Assembly: GCA_963752285.1 (NCBI GenBank)
Contig: CAVVXN010000005.1
Span: 1,408,001 to 1,472,000 of the forward strand
Source of the DNA: an uncultured Planctomycetota bacterium
GTDB lineage: Bacteria > Planctomycetota > PLA2 > JAEUHO01
Direction of reading: 5' to 3'
DNA length: 64,000 bases
Positions within the stretch are counted from its first letter, which is position 1. Each line of letters starts with the position of its first letter. The notes below the pieces were generated by a model. That model worked only from the letters and a program-made list of their open reading frames with translations, was not told the origin of the DNA and searched no databases. This document shows positions 46,196 through 54,745 of the stretch, piece after piece. The position numbers and the translations under genes are program-made.

Positions 46196-49100
46196 GTGGG
46201 GACTCCTCTCGACCGCGTGGCAGAGCTCTTCGGGCAGGCGCGTCGGCTCGCCGCGCCGGAGCGCGGTCCCTTCCTCGATCGGGCGTGCCCGGGCGATCCG
46301 GCCCTCCGGGCCGAGGTCGAGGAGCTCGTTCAGATCCACGAGGCGTCGGAGGGTGCGAGCGAGGTCCATCCGCTCGCGCGCGCCCTGCCGGCGCTCGCGC
46401 TCCCGGCCGCGGCGGAGACCGACGCCGCGGCCGAGGCCCTCCCCGAAATCGACGGCTTCTCCGTGCTCCGCCGCCTCGCGGACGGCGGCATGGGGACCGT
46501 GTACCTCGCGGAGCAGGATCGGCCCCACCGCGCCGTCGCGTTGAAGGTGCTCCGGCCGGAGGCGGCGACGCCCGAGGGGCGACGCCGCTTCGAGCGCGAG
46601 GCGGAGGCCCTCGCGCGCCTGGAGCACCCGGGCATCGCGCGCGTGCTCCTCTTCGGCTCGACGAGGGGGCCGGGCGCGCCGAGGCCCTTCCTCGCGATGG
46701 AGCTCGTCGAAGGCGAGCCGGTGACGAGGGCCCTCGCCGGGCGGGGCCTCCCGACGCGCGTCGCGGTCCTCGCCGAGGTGGCCGAGGCCGTGGCGCACGC
46801 CCACGCGAAGGGCGTGATCCACCGCGACCTGAAGCCCGACAACGTGCTCGTCGGCCCGGACGGACGACCGAAGGTCGTGGACTTCGGCGTCGCGCGACTC
46901 GTGGACGACGCGCTGACGTGGCAGACGCGTGCGGGCCACGTGATCGGGACGCTCGCGTACATGAGTCCCGAGCAGGCGCGCGGCGACGCCGCGGGGGCCG
47001 ACACGCGGAGCGACGTCTACGCGCTCGGCGTCGTGCTCTACGAGGTGCTGACGGGCCGTCATCCGCTCGGCGACCGCCACGGCACGTTCACGGAGATCGT
47101 GCGGCGGATCCTCGAGGAGACGCCGCCGCCGCCCGGCGCCCTCGACCCGCGACTCCGTGGCGACCTCAGCCTGATCGTCACGAAGGCGATGGCCAAGGAC
47201 CCCGCCGAGCGCTACTCCGGCGCGGGCGCGCTGGCGGAGGACCTGAGACGGCACCTCGCGGACGAACCGATCCTCGCGCGGTCCCTGACCGGAACGTACG
47301 CGGTTCGCCGGTTCCTCCGCCGGCATCGCGCGCTCGTCGCGGCGTCGGCGGCCGCGCTCGTCGCCATCGTGGCCGGGCTCGTCGGGGCGCTGGACCTCGC
47401 GCACGCCGAGCGCCGCGCGCGCGAGCGTGCGGACGAGAGCGCCGCGGCGACCGAGCGTGCGCTGGCCGACCGGAGCATCGAGCTCGCGGCGAGCGCACTC
47501 CGGGAGCACGAGGCGGAAGGCGCCGCGCGGGCCCTCGAGAGCGTCCCGCTCGCACTCCGCGGATGGGAGTGGAGGTACCTCCACGCCCACGCCGACCAGA
47601 GCGCGGCGTGGGAACCGCTCGACCTCGGCCGGATCGCGGGCGCGGCGCTGGGACCGGAGGGGGACGGGTACGTCGTCGCGACGGAAGACGGGCGCCTCGC
47701 GTTTCGCGGGCCAAAGGACGACGCGGCCCGCCCGCTCGCGGTGCCCGCCGGCGCCGCGCCGCGCGCGGTGGGCGTGCTCGGCGGCGATCTCGTCGGCGTC
47801 CTCCAGGCGGGGGGACGCTTCACGCTCGTGGACGCGTCGGGCCGGACGCGGCTCGAGGGCGAGACCTCCCACGGGCGCCACCTCCATGCCCTCGCCACGT
47901 CGCCCCGGGCCGACCGGGTGGCCCTCGCGTGGGACGGGGGCACGGGCTGGTGCCCCCTCGAGGTCCTGGACGCCGAGACCGGCGAGCCGGTCTGGCGCAC
48001 CGCGGGCTCGCTGATCGAGACGCGTGCGCTCGCGTTCTCGCCCGACGGGCGGCTCCTCGCGACCGCGAGCGGCTGGGACGGCGTCGTTCGTCTGCTGGAC
48101 CTCGAGGAGAAGAAGGCGCTCCCGACCGAGATCCGGGGCCACACGGGGTCGGTCTGCGCCGTCGCGTTCTCACCGGACGGCCACCGTCTCGCGACGGGCG
48201 GCGACGACCGGACCGTGCGCGTGTGGGACGCCCGTTCCGGCACGGAGCAGGCCCGCCTCGTGGGCCACCAGGGTCGCGTGCTCGCCGCCGCCTTCGCGCC
48301 CGCAGGCGACCGGCTCGCGACCGCGAGCGAGGACGGGACCGTCCGACTCTGGGACCCGGAGGGAGGGGAGGCCGAAGCGGTCCTGGTGGGGCACCGCGGC
48401 GCGGTCCACGCGGTGGCGTTCTCGGCCGACGGCCAGACGCTCGTCTCGCTCGGAGACGACGGCCGGCGCACGTGGCGCCTCGGCACGGACGCGTCCCTGC
48501 TCCGCGTACACGCCGCCGCGGACGAGGGCAACCGGTATCCGTACGTGTACGCCGCGCGGTTCTCCCCGGACGGCCGACGCCTCGCCTCGGCCGGATGGGA
48601 CGGCACCGTCCGCGTCGTGGACGTGGAGACGGGTCGCCTCGAGCGGACGCTGACGCTCGACCTCGGCCCCGTCCTCGACGCGCGCTGGAGCGCCGACGGG
48701 AGGTCGCTCCTCGCCAGCCGGGGCGGCGTGGTCCGATGGGACGTCGCGACGGGCATTGAGGTCGCGCGCTGGACGACTTCGAGCTCGGTGAACGCCCTGC
48801 TCGTGACCCCGGACGGCGCACGCGTGGTCACCGCGGACGAGGGCGGGACGGTGCGCCTCCACCGGCTCTCGGACCTCGAGCCGGTGGCCACCTTCGCGCG
48901 CCACCTCGGGGGGATCCAGGAGGCGGCCCTCGCGGGGGACGGCCGCGCCGTGGCGACGGTGACGGACCGCGGCGTGGTGGACGTGCTCGCCCTGCCGGAC
49001 GGCGCGCCGCGGTGGCACCGCCGCGTGAACGCGCCGGGTCCGTTCGGCAGCGTCGCGTTCTCGCCCGACGGACGGACGCTCGCGACCGCCGGCGCCGACG

Positions 49101-49402
49101 GACGCGTGCGTCTCCTCGACGCAGCGACGGGCGAAGAGCGAACGGTCCTCGCGGGTCACGCCGCGCCCGTGTACGCGCTCGCGTGGCTCCCGGACGGATC
49201 GCGCCTCTTCTCGGGCGATCGGCGCGGCCTGATCCGCGTCTGGGACCCGCGCTCGGGGCGGCTTGGCCTGGAGCTCCGCGGCCACCAGGGCTACGTGTAC
49301 CGGCTCGACGTCTCCCCCGACGGCACGCGCCTCGCCTCGGCCTCCGGCGACGACACGGTGCGCGTCTGGTCGGCCCCCCGCGACGAGGAGGGCGGGCGAT
49401 GA
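46196..49402 (+). CDS. Ser/Thr protein kinase with TM helix and WD40 repeats
   Basis: DGGMGTVY, VALK, HRDLKPDN, DFG, GTLAYMSPEQ, LRGDL..I..KA..KDP; WEWRYL; many GH...V..VAFSPDG..LAT...D.TVRVWD repeats. Confidence 0.93.
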   Translation: MGTPLDRVAELFGQARRLAAPERGPFLDRACPGDPALRAEVEELVQIHEASEGASEVHPLARALPALALPAAAETDAAAEALPEIDGFSVLRRLADGGMGTVYLAEQDRPHRAVALKVLRPEAATPEGRRRFEREAEALARLEHPGIARVLLFGSTRGPGAPRPFLAMELVEGEPVTRALAGRGLPTRVAVLAEVAEAVAHAHAKGVIHRDLKPDNVLVGPDGRPKVVDFGVARLVDDALTWQTRAGHVIGTLAYMSPEQARGDAAGADTRSDVYALGVVLYEVLTGRHPLGDRHGTFTEIVRRILEETPPPPGALDPRLRGDLSLIVTKAMAKDPAERYSGAGALAEDLRRHLADEPILARSLTGTYAVRRFLRRHRALVAASAAALVAIVAGLVGALDLAHAERRARERADESAAATERALADRSIELAASALREHEAEGAARALESVPLALRGWEWRYLHAHADQSAAWEPLDLGRIAGAALGPEGDGYVVATEDGRLAFRGPKDDAARPLAVPAGAAPRAVGVLGGDLVGVLQAGGRFTLVDASGRTRLEGETSHGRHLHALATSPRADRVALAWDGGTGWCPLEVLDAETGEPVWRTAGSLIETRALAFSPDGRLLATASGWDGVVRLLDLEEKKALPTEIRGHTGSVCAVAFSPDGHRLATGGDDRTVRVWDARSGTEQARLVGHQGRVLAAAFAPAGDRLATASEDGTVRLWDPEGGEAEAVLVGHRGAVHAVAFSADGQTLVSLGDDGRRTWRLGTDASLLRVHAAADEGNRYPYVYAARFSPDGRRLASAGWDGTVRVVDVETGRLERTLTLDLGPVLDARWSADGRSLLASRGGVVRWDVATGIEVARWTTSSSVNALLVTPDGARVVTADEGGTVRLHRLSDLEPVATFARHLGGIQEAALAGDGRAVATVTDRGVVDVLALPDGAPRWHRRVNAPGPFGSVAFSPDGRTLATAGADGRVRLLDAATGEERTVLAGHAAPVYALAWLPDGSRLFSGDRRGLIRVWDPRSGRLGLELRGHQGYVYRLDVSPDGTRLASASGDDTVRVWSAPRDEEGGR

Positions 49403-49968
49403 AGGAGGCCGACCGAAGGGCCGAGGCCACACGGATCCTCTGCGACGCGGGCGACGGACCGGACGTGGACCTCCAGGCGCTCCTGCCGCTGCTCTACGAG
49501 GAGCTTCGCGCGCTGGCGGGCGCGCTCCTCCGGCACGAGCGTCCCGGCCACACCCTGCAGCCGACCGCCCTCGTGCACGAGGCCTGGCTTCGCCTGATCG
49601 ACGCGGACCAGCTCCGATGGCAGGGCCGCACGCGCTTCCTCGCGTTGGCCGCCCGCGTGATGCGCCGCACCCTCGTGGACCACGCGCGCCGCCACGACGC
49701 GAAGAAGCGCGGGGGCGACCGGCACCGCGTCACCCTCTCCGACGCCACGCCGCTCGTCGGCGGCCCCGACGTGGACGTCCTCGCGCTCGACGAGGCCCTC
49801 CTCGCGCTCGCCGGCCTGGACGACCGGAAGTCGCGCGTGGTCGAGTACCGGTTCTTCGCCGGCATGACGATGCAGGAGGTCGCCGAGGCCCTCGGCGTCT
49901 CCGAGACGACCGCGGAGGACGACTGGTACTTCGCGCGGGCGTGGCTCGCGCGGCGCCTCGGCCCGTGA
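49399..49968 (+). CDS. ECF sigma factor, TIGR02999/kinase-associated type
   Basis: LLPLLYEELRALA...HTLQPTALVHEAWLRL...AARVMRRTLVDHAR...KRGG...VVEYRFFAG...DWYFARAWL. ATGA overlap with the kinase. Confidence 0.92.
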   Translation: MKEADRRAEATRILCDAGDGPDVDLQALLPLLYEELRALAGALLRHERPGHTLQPTALVHEAWLRLIDADQLRWQGRTRFLALAARVMRRTLVDHARRHDAKKRGGDRHRVTLSDATPLVGGPDVDVLALDEALLALAGLDDRKSRVVEYRFFAGMTMQEVAEALGVSETTAEDDWYFARAWLARRLGP

Positions 49969-50124
49969 GCCGTGGACCGCGCGGGCCGGAGGCCGTGCGG
50001 GAGGGCGGGGCGAGCGCGGCGGTCGAACGCCGCGGACGGGACCGAGGCCCCGCCCGCGGCCGGCGGAGGCGGGAGGAGGGCGCTCGCGTTGTCTAGGGGG
50101 ATGGATCTCGACCCCGGAGGACCC

Positions 50125-50346
50125 ATGAAGCTCCTGTACGCGCTCGCCTTCGCCCTCTCCCTCGCCGGGTTCGCCCGCGCCGACGGCGACACCTGCCCGC
50201 TCGAGGGTTTCGGCTGCGACAACCAGTGCCCTCTCGCCCGGGAGGCGAACCAGCACCGCGCGCTCGGCGACGAGGCCGCACGGGTGTCGCCGGTGGTCTC
50301 GAGGGACCTCGCGCTGCGGATCCAGGCGAATCTCGCGCGCATCTGA
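50125..50346 (+). CDS. Small secreted Cys-containing protein (73 aa)
   Basis: GGAGG RBS, signal peptide ARA-DG, CPLEGFGCDNQCP. Confidence 0.65.
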   Translation: MKLLYALAFALSLAGFARADGDTCPLEGFGCDNQCPLAREANQHRALGDEAARVSPVVSRDLALRIQANLARI

Positions 50347-50397
50347 CGCGCACGCGGGCCGCGGGCGCCGCCCGCCCGCGGCCCGTCCCCGCCCCTC

Positions 50398-50931
50398 GTG
50401 AGCCCCGAAGCGTTCCGACAAGCGTTCGAGACCCACCGCGACCCGGTGTTCCGGTTCCTCCTCCGCCTGTGCCGGGACCGCGCGGACGCCGAGGACCTGC
50501 TCCAGGACACCTTCGTCATGCTCTGGCGGAAACGAACGCTCTACGACGGCCGGGGGTCCTTCGAGGGCTACCTGAAACGGATCGCGTTCCGGCTCTACCT
50601 GAACCAGAGGACGCGGTCCTCGCGCCGGGCCGAGCTGGCGCCCGCGACCTCGGCGCCGGCCGACGAGATCGCGTCGCCGGCGCCCGACCGGGCCGACGAC
50701 GCGGTCCTCCCGCTGGTCGAGCGCGTGCGCGCCGTCGTGCGGGACCTGCCGGACGGACCGCGCGAGGTCTTCGTGCTCCACCGCTTCGAAGGCCTCTCCT
50801 GTCGCGAGATCGCGACGCTCACGGACGCTCCGCTCTCGACGGTCGAGAGCCGGCTTCGCCGCGCGACCGAGAGGGTCCAGGAACTCCTCCGAGGACGTGC
50901 CCAGCCCACCTGCGAGGAGCGGAACGGATGA
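50398..50931 (+). CDS. ECF RNA polymerase sigma factor
   Basis: DAEDLLQDTF, F.GYL.RIA, LP...REVFVL...EGLSCREIA...STVESRLRRA. Confidence 0.9.
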   Translation: MSPEAFRQAFETHRDPVFRFLLRLCRDRADAEDLLQDTFVMLWRKRTLYDGRGSFEGYLKRIAFRLYLNQRTRSSRRAELAPATSAPADEIASPAPDRADDAVLPLVERVRAVVRDLPDGPREVFVLHRFEGLSCREIATLTDAPLSTVESRLRRATERVQELLRGRAQPTCEERNG

Positions 50932-52073
50932 GCGACGACCCGCAGGCCTTCCGACGGACGCTCGAGGACCGGGTTCGCGACCGCCTCCTCGGACGTCTCT
51001 CGCCCGCGGCCTCGGCCGCGCTCTCCGAGGAGCTGGCGGCCGACCCCGAGTCCGCGCGCCGCGCGATGGACTACGAGGAGGCGCACCGCCTGACCGCGCC
51101 GCTCGAGAGGGACGACGCGCGGTCTCGTTCGACGTGGGCGGACCTCCGCCTCGAGCGACGGCGAATCGCGCCGCGAACCGCGGTCCTCGCCGCGGCCGCG
51201 CTCGCCCTCGCCGCGGTCGGGCTCTCGCTGCTCCTCCGCCGCGCCGCGCCCGAGCCGGTGGCCCTCGCGGCCGTCCCGCGGGCGCCCCTCCTCCTCGGCG
51301 CCGCGGCCGACCGGGACCTCCTCGCGGCGCCCCTCGTGCCCCCCTCGCTCCTCCCCTACCGCTCCACGGACGCGAAGGGCGTCCGGTGGCTCGGCGACGA
51401 GACCGCGGCGCGCGCGCTCGCGCGGTGGACCGGACGGCCGGTCTTCTCCTTCGGAATGATCCCGGGCTGCCCGTACTGCCGGCACATGGAGGTAGGGCCG
51501 CTCCGCGCGCCCGCCGTCCTGGAGCGGATGGACGGGTACGTGCCGCTCGAGCTCGACCTCTCGGGCCGCGACCCGGACGAGCTCCGCCGGATCCTCTCCG
51601 ACGGCTGGCCACGGTTCCGCATCGAGGACGCCGACGGCGCCGTGCTCGAGCGCTTCGACGGCATGTGGGAGGCGCCCGACGTCCTGCGCCGGCTCGAGAC
51701 GCCGCGGGCCGCGGCGGCGCCGGTCGCGTGGGCGGTCGCAAACCGCTGGCTCGAGACCGTGGAGCGCGCCCGCGTCGCGCTCGTCGATCGCCGGTACGGC
51801 GACGCGTGGGTCGCGCTCGACGCCGCGCGAGCGGTCGATGGCGCGCGCGAGCGTCCGGCGTGGCAGGACGCGCTCGACCGGATGGCCCGCCACGTCACGG
51901 CCGCGGCCGCCGAGGCGCTCGCCACCGCCCGTGCGGCGAGCGATCCCGCGTCGCTCCTCGAGGCGTCCGCCCGGCGCTTCCTGGGCTCGCCGTACGCCCC
52001 CGACTTCCAACGCCTCGCCGCGCGCGTTCGCGCCGACGGGACGTTCCCGCCCCTGGTGGAGGATCCCCGATGA
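50928..52073 (+). CDS. Putative anti-sigma factor with TM helix and extracytoplasmic thioredoxin-like (CPYC) domain
   Basis: Overlaps the sigma stop; anti-sigma-like N-terminus, TM, then W..D..AA..LA..TGRPVF.F...GCPYCRHME. Confidence 0.7.
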   Translation: MSDDPQAFRRTLEDRVRDRLLGRLSPAASAALSEELAADPESARRAMDYEEAHRLTAPLERDDARSRSTWADLRLERRRIAPRTAVLAAAALALAAVGLSLLLRRAAPEPVALAAVPRAPLLLGAAADRDLLAAPLVPPSLLPYRSTDAKGVRWLGDETAARALARWTGRPVFSFGMIPGCPYCRHMEVGPLRAPAVLERMDGYVPLELDLSGRDPDELRRILSDGWPRFRIEDADGAVLERFDGMWEAPDVLRRLETPRAAAAPVAWAVANRWLETVERARVALVDRRYGDAWVALDAARAVDGARERPAWQDALDRMARHVTAAAAEALATARAASDPASLLEASARRFLGSPYAPDFQRLAARVRADGTFPPLVEDPR

Positions 52074-52945
52074 CGACCCGCCTGCTCTCTCGTTCGCTCC
52101 TGCTCCTCTCGGCCCTCGCCTTCGTCGCGCCGGCGCGCGCCGGCGAGCCGAGCGCGCTCGACGCCTCGATCCGGGCGCTCAGCGAGGGCCACTGGAAGGA
52201 CGCGGCGGACCTCGCCGCGACGGTCACGCCGAACGACGCGGACTACGCGAAGGCGCGCTACGTCCTCGGCGAGGCCCAGCTCGTCCTCGGGGATGCGGAG
52301 GCGGCAGAGAAGGCGTTTCAGGAGGTGCTCGCGACGCGGCCCGAGGCCGTGCCCGCGGCCGTGGGGCTGGCGCGTGCGCTCGTCGCCCTGGGGCACGCCG
52401 ACGAGGCCCTCGAGCGCCTCGAGAAGACCCTCGCCGCGGCGCCCCACGACGTGGACGCGCTCCGCGTCCGTGGCGAGGCGTACCTCGCGAAGGGCGAGAC
52501 GAAGAAGGCGCTCCACGCGCTCGACCTGGCCGCGAAGGCGGATGCGAAGGACGTTCTCGTCGCCCGCGCGCTCGTAGAGGCGAACCTCGCGGCCGACGAC
52601 CCGAAGGAGGCCGAGCGCGTCGCGAAGAAGATCGCGAAGGCGCGGCCGAAGCATCCGATGGGCCCGTTCCTGCTCGGGCTGGTCCTCGAACGCCGAGGGA
52701 AGGACGACGACGCGATCGAGGCCTACGAGAAGGCGCTCGCGCTCGACGACGCCTTCCTCGACGCGCACAAGAACCTGGCCATCCTCTGCCACACCATGAG
52801 CCGCACGTACCAGGACGTCGAACGCGTGAAGAAGGCGATGGTGCACTACGCGCGCTACTTCGAGCTCGGCGGGCACGACCCCAAGCTCGAGGAGACGTAC
52901 CGGACCACGAAGGCGTTCCTGGAGAGCCAGGGTCTCGTGAAGTGA
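52070..52945 (+). CDS. Secreted TPR protein
   Basis: Signal peptide (ARA-GE) and successive TPR helices; ATGA overlap. Confidence 0.8.
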   Translation: MTTRLLSRSLLLLSALAFVAPARAGEPSALDASIRALSEGHWKDAADLAATVTPNDADYAKARYVLGEAQLVLGDAEAAEKAFQEVLATRPEAVPAAVGLARALVALGHADEALERLEKTLAAAPHDVDALRVRGEAYLAKGETKKALHALDLAAKADAKDVLVARALVEANLAADDPKEAERVAKKIAKARPKHPMGPFLLGLVLERRGKDDDAIEAYEKALALDDAFLDAHKNLAILCHTMSRTYQDVERVKKAMVHYARYFELGGHDPKLEETYRTTKAFLESQGLVK

Positions 52946-52966
52946 GCGGGGGCCGCCGTCGCCCCG

Positions 52967-53368
52967 TCACGCGCCGCGCGGCGCGTCCGCGGGAACCGGC
53001 GGGACGGGCGTCGGCCGGTGGTCGTCGTCCAGAGCGACCATCACGACCGTCGCGCGGGTGCAGCGCCATCGCCGGCCGGTTCGGAAGTCCTCGCCGTACG
53101 CCTCGACCGCGATCTTCATCGACGTGCGCCCCGTCGCGACGAGACGCGCGGTGACCTCCGCGAGCTGACCGACCCGCACCGGCTCCTCGAAGTCCACCTG
53201 GTCCATGTGCGCCGTCACGACGTCCCGACGCGAGTGTCGCCGCGCCACGACGGCCGCGGACTCGTCGATCATCGAGAGGAGCACGCCTCCGAAGACGGTG
53301 CCCTGGCTGTTCGCGTGGCCGGGCATCACGATGCGGATGAGGGTCGCGGTGATCGCCGAGGGTTCCAT
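52967..53368 (-). CDS. Acyl-CoA thioesterase (hotdog, YciA-like)
   Basis: MPGHANSQGTVFGGVLLSMIDE, VVTA...F..PV.VG, GRTSM, MVALD...PTPVP. Confidence 0.9.
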   Translation of the reverse strand: MEPSAITATLIRIVMPGHANSQGTVFGGVLLSMIDESAAVVARRHSRRDVVTAHMDQVDFEEPVRVGQLAEVTARLVATGRTSMKIAVEAYGEDFRTGRRWRCTRATVVMVALDDDHRPTPVPPVPADAPRGA

Positions 53369-53437
53369 CGCCTGAGGATAGCGGGGCCGGTCCCCGTGGA
53401 GGATGGGTAGGCTCTCCGAGGTCCCTGGGAGCCCCCG

Positions 53438-53794
53438 ATGCCTCGAATCGCGCCTCGTTCCTTCGCTCTCGTCGCCGCCGGCGCGCTGCTCGCGGCGACC
53501 CTGGCCCTGTTCTTCGCGCCGCGTCCCGCCGTCGCCGACGCGTCCACGCACCGGATCGCCTTCCTCACCATCACGGGCGAGGGCGCGACGGCGCGCGCCT
53601 GGTACAAGGGCGCGCCGCCCGCGGGGGTCCCCGTGCAGGACGCGCTCGACACGTTCGCGGCGGACGGCTACCGGGTCCGGAACATCAGCCCGTCGCAGCG
53701 CCCGATCATCCAGGCGGTCGTGCAGAACAGCGGCAACGTGATCCAGCCCTCGGACGTCGAGCAGTACTTCATCGTCCTGCTCGAGCGTCCCTGA
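53438..53794 (+). CDS. Small exported hypothetical protein
   Basis: Signal peptide; LDTFAADGYRV...YFIVLLERP C-terminus. Confidence 0.6.
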   Translation: MPRIAPRSFALVAAGALLAATLALFFAPRPAVADASTHRIAFLTITGEGATARAWYKGAPPAGVPVQDALDTFAADGYRVRNISPSQRPIIQAVVQNSGNVIQPSDVEQYFIVLLERP

Positions 53795-53800
53795 TCGGCG

Positions 53801-54712
53801 TCAGGGAGACCAGGCCCGCCCGACCACGCCGAGCGCGCGGGCCGACACGAGCCAGACGTAGACCATCGCCGCACGGGCCGCCGCCGAGACGAGGAGCGCG
53901 ACGCCGAGGTCGAGGGCGAGTCCCGAGACGAGCGACCGCTCGATCACGGCCGCGACCACCCAGCCCGCGGCGCCGACGAGGAGGGCGAGCGGACGCGCGA
54001 GCATCCAGCCCACCGCGACGTCGATCCGGCGGACGCGGAGGTCCCCCACGACGGACGCCAGGGCCCACGTGGCGAGGTAGAGCGCGGCGCCCGCGACGAG
54101 GAGTACCCCCGCGACCACGCTCGCGAAGTGGAAGACGAGGAGCGTCGCGACGGTCGCGAGGACCAGCCAGACCGTGAACCATCCCACCTCGCGAAGCGCG
54201 CTCGTCGAGAGGTCGATCGCGTCGATCCAGCGGCCGGGCCGGTCATGGCCGCTCGCGGAGCGCCTCGCGACGTGGAGCTGCCAGGCGAGGAAGAACACGT
54301 AGAGGGCGAGCCGCGGGACGTAGCCCGCGAAGACGTTCCACTGGCCGAGCGCGTCCAGCAGGACGAACGCCGCCGTCCCGCCGGCGATCTGCGCGGGGCC
54401 CGGCGCGCGAAGCGGGAACGAGAGCGCCTCGAGGGGCCAGCCGGGGGGCGGCGGTCGCGCGCCCGCGATCCGTTCGACCTCCTGCCCCAGCCGTTCGGCG
54501 ACGGTCCGCTCGTCCACGTCCGAGAGGGCGCCCGAAGCGACGACGCGCGGCGGGGCCTCGGGCGTCTCGTCGAGCGTCAGCTCGGGGGGCTCGCCGACCG
54601 GCCGGGGCGGCGGCGGGACCGGCGCCCGCGGGGGACGCGGCGCGGGGCCGCTCCGGTCCCGACGCTCGTCGTCGTCGTCCTCGAGCCGGAACGGTCGCTT
54701 CTCGTCGGGCAC
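53801..54712 (-). CDS. Hypothetical multi-pass membrane protein
   Basis: Pro-rich soluble N-terminus, ALSFPLR, then about 6 hydrophobic helices. Confidence 0.6.
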   Translation of the reverse strand: MPDEKRPFRLEDDDDERRDRSGPAPRPPRAPVPPPPRPVGEPPELTLDETPEAPPRVVASGALSDVDERTVAERLGQEVERIAGARPPPPGWPLEALSFPLRAPGPAQIAGGTAAFVLLDALGQWNVFAGYVPRLALYVFFLAWQLHVARRSASGHDRPGRWIDAIDLSTSALREVGWFTVWLVLATVATLLVFHFASVVAGVLLVAGAALYLATWALASVVGDLRVRRIDVAVGWMLARPLALLVGAAGWVVAAVIERSLVSGLALDLGVALLVSAAARAAMVYVWLVSARALGVVGRAWSP

Positions 54713-54745
54713 GGGAGCGAGCGTAGCCCGGGCCCGGAGGCCCGG

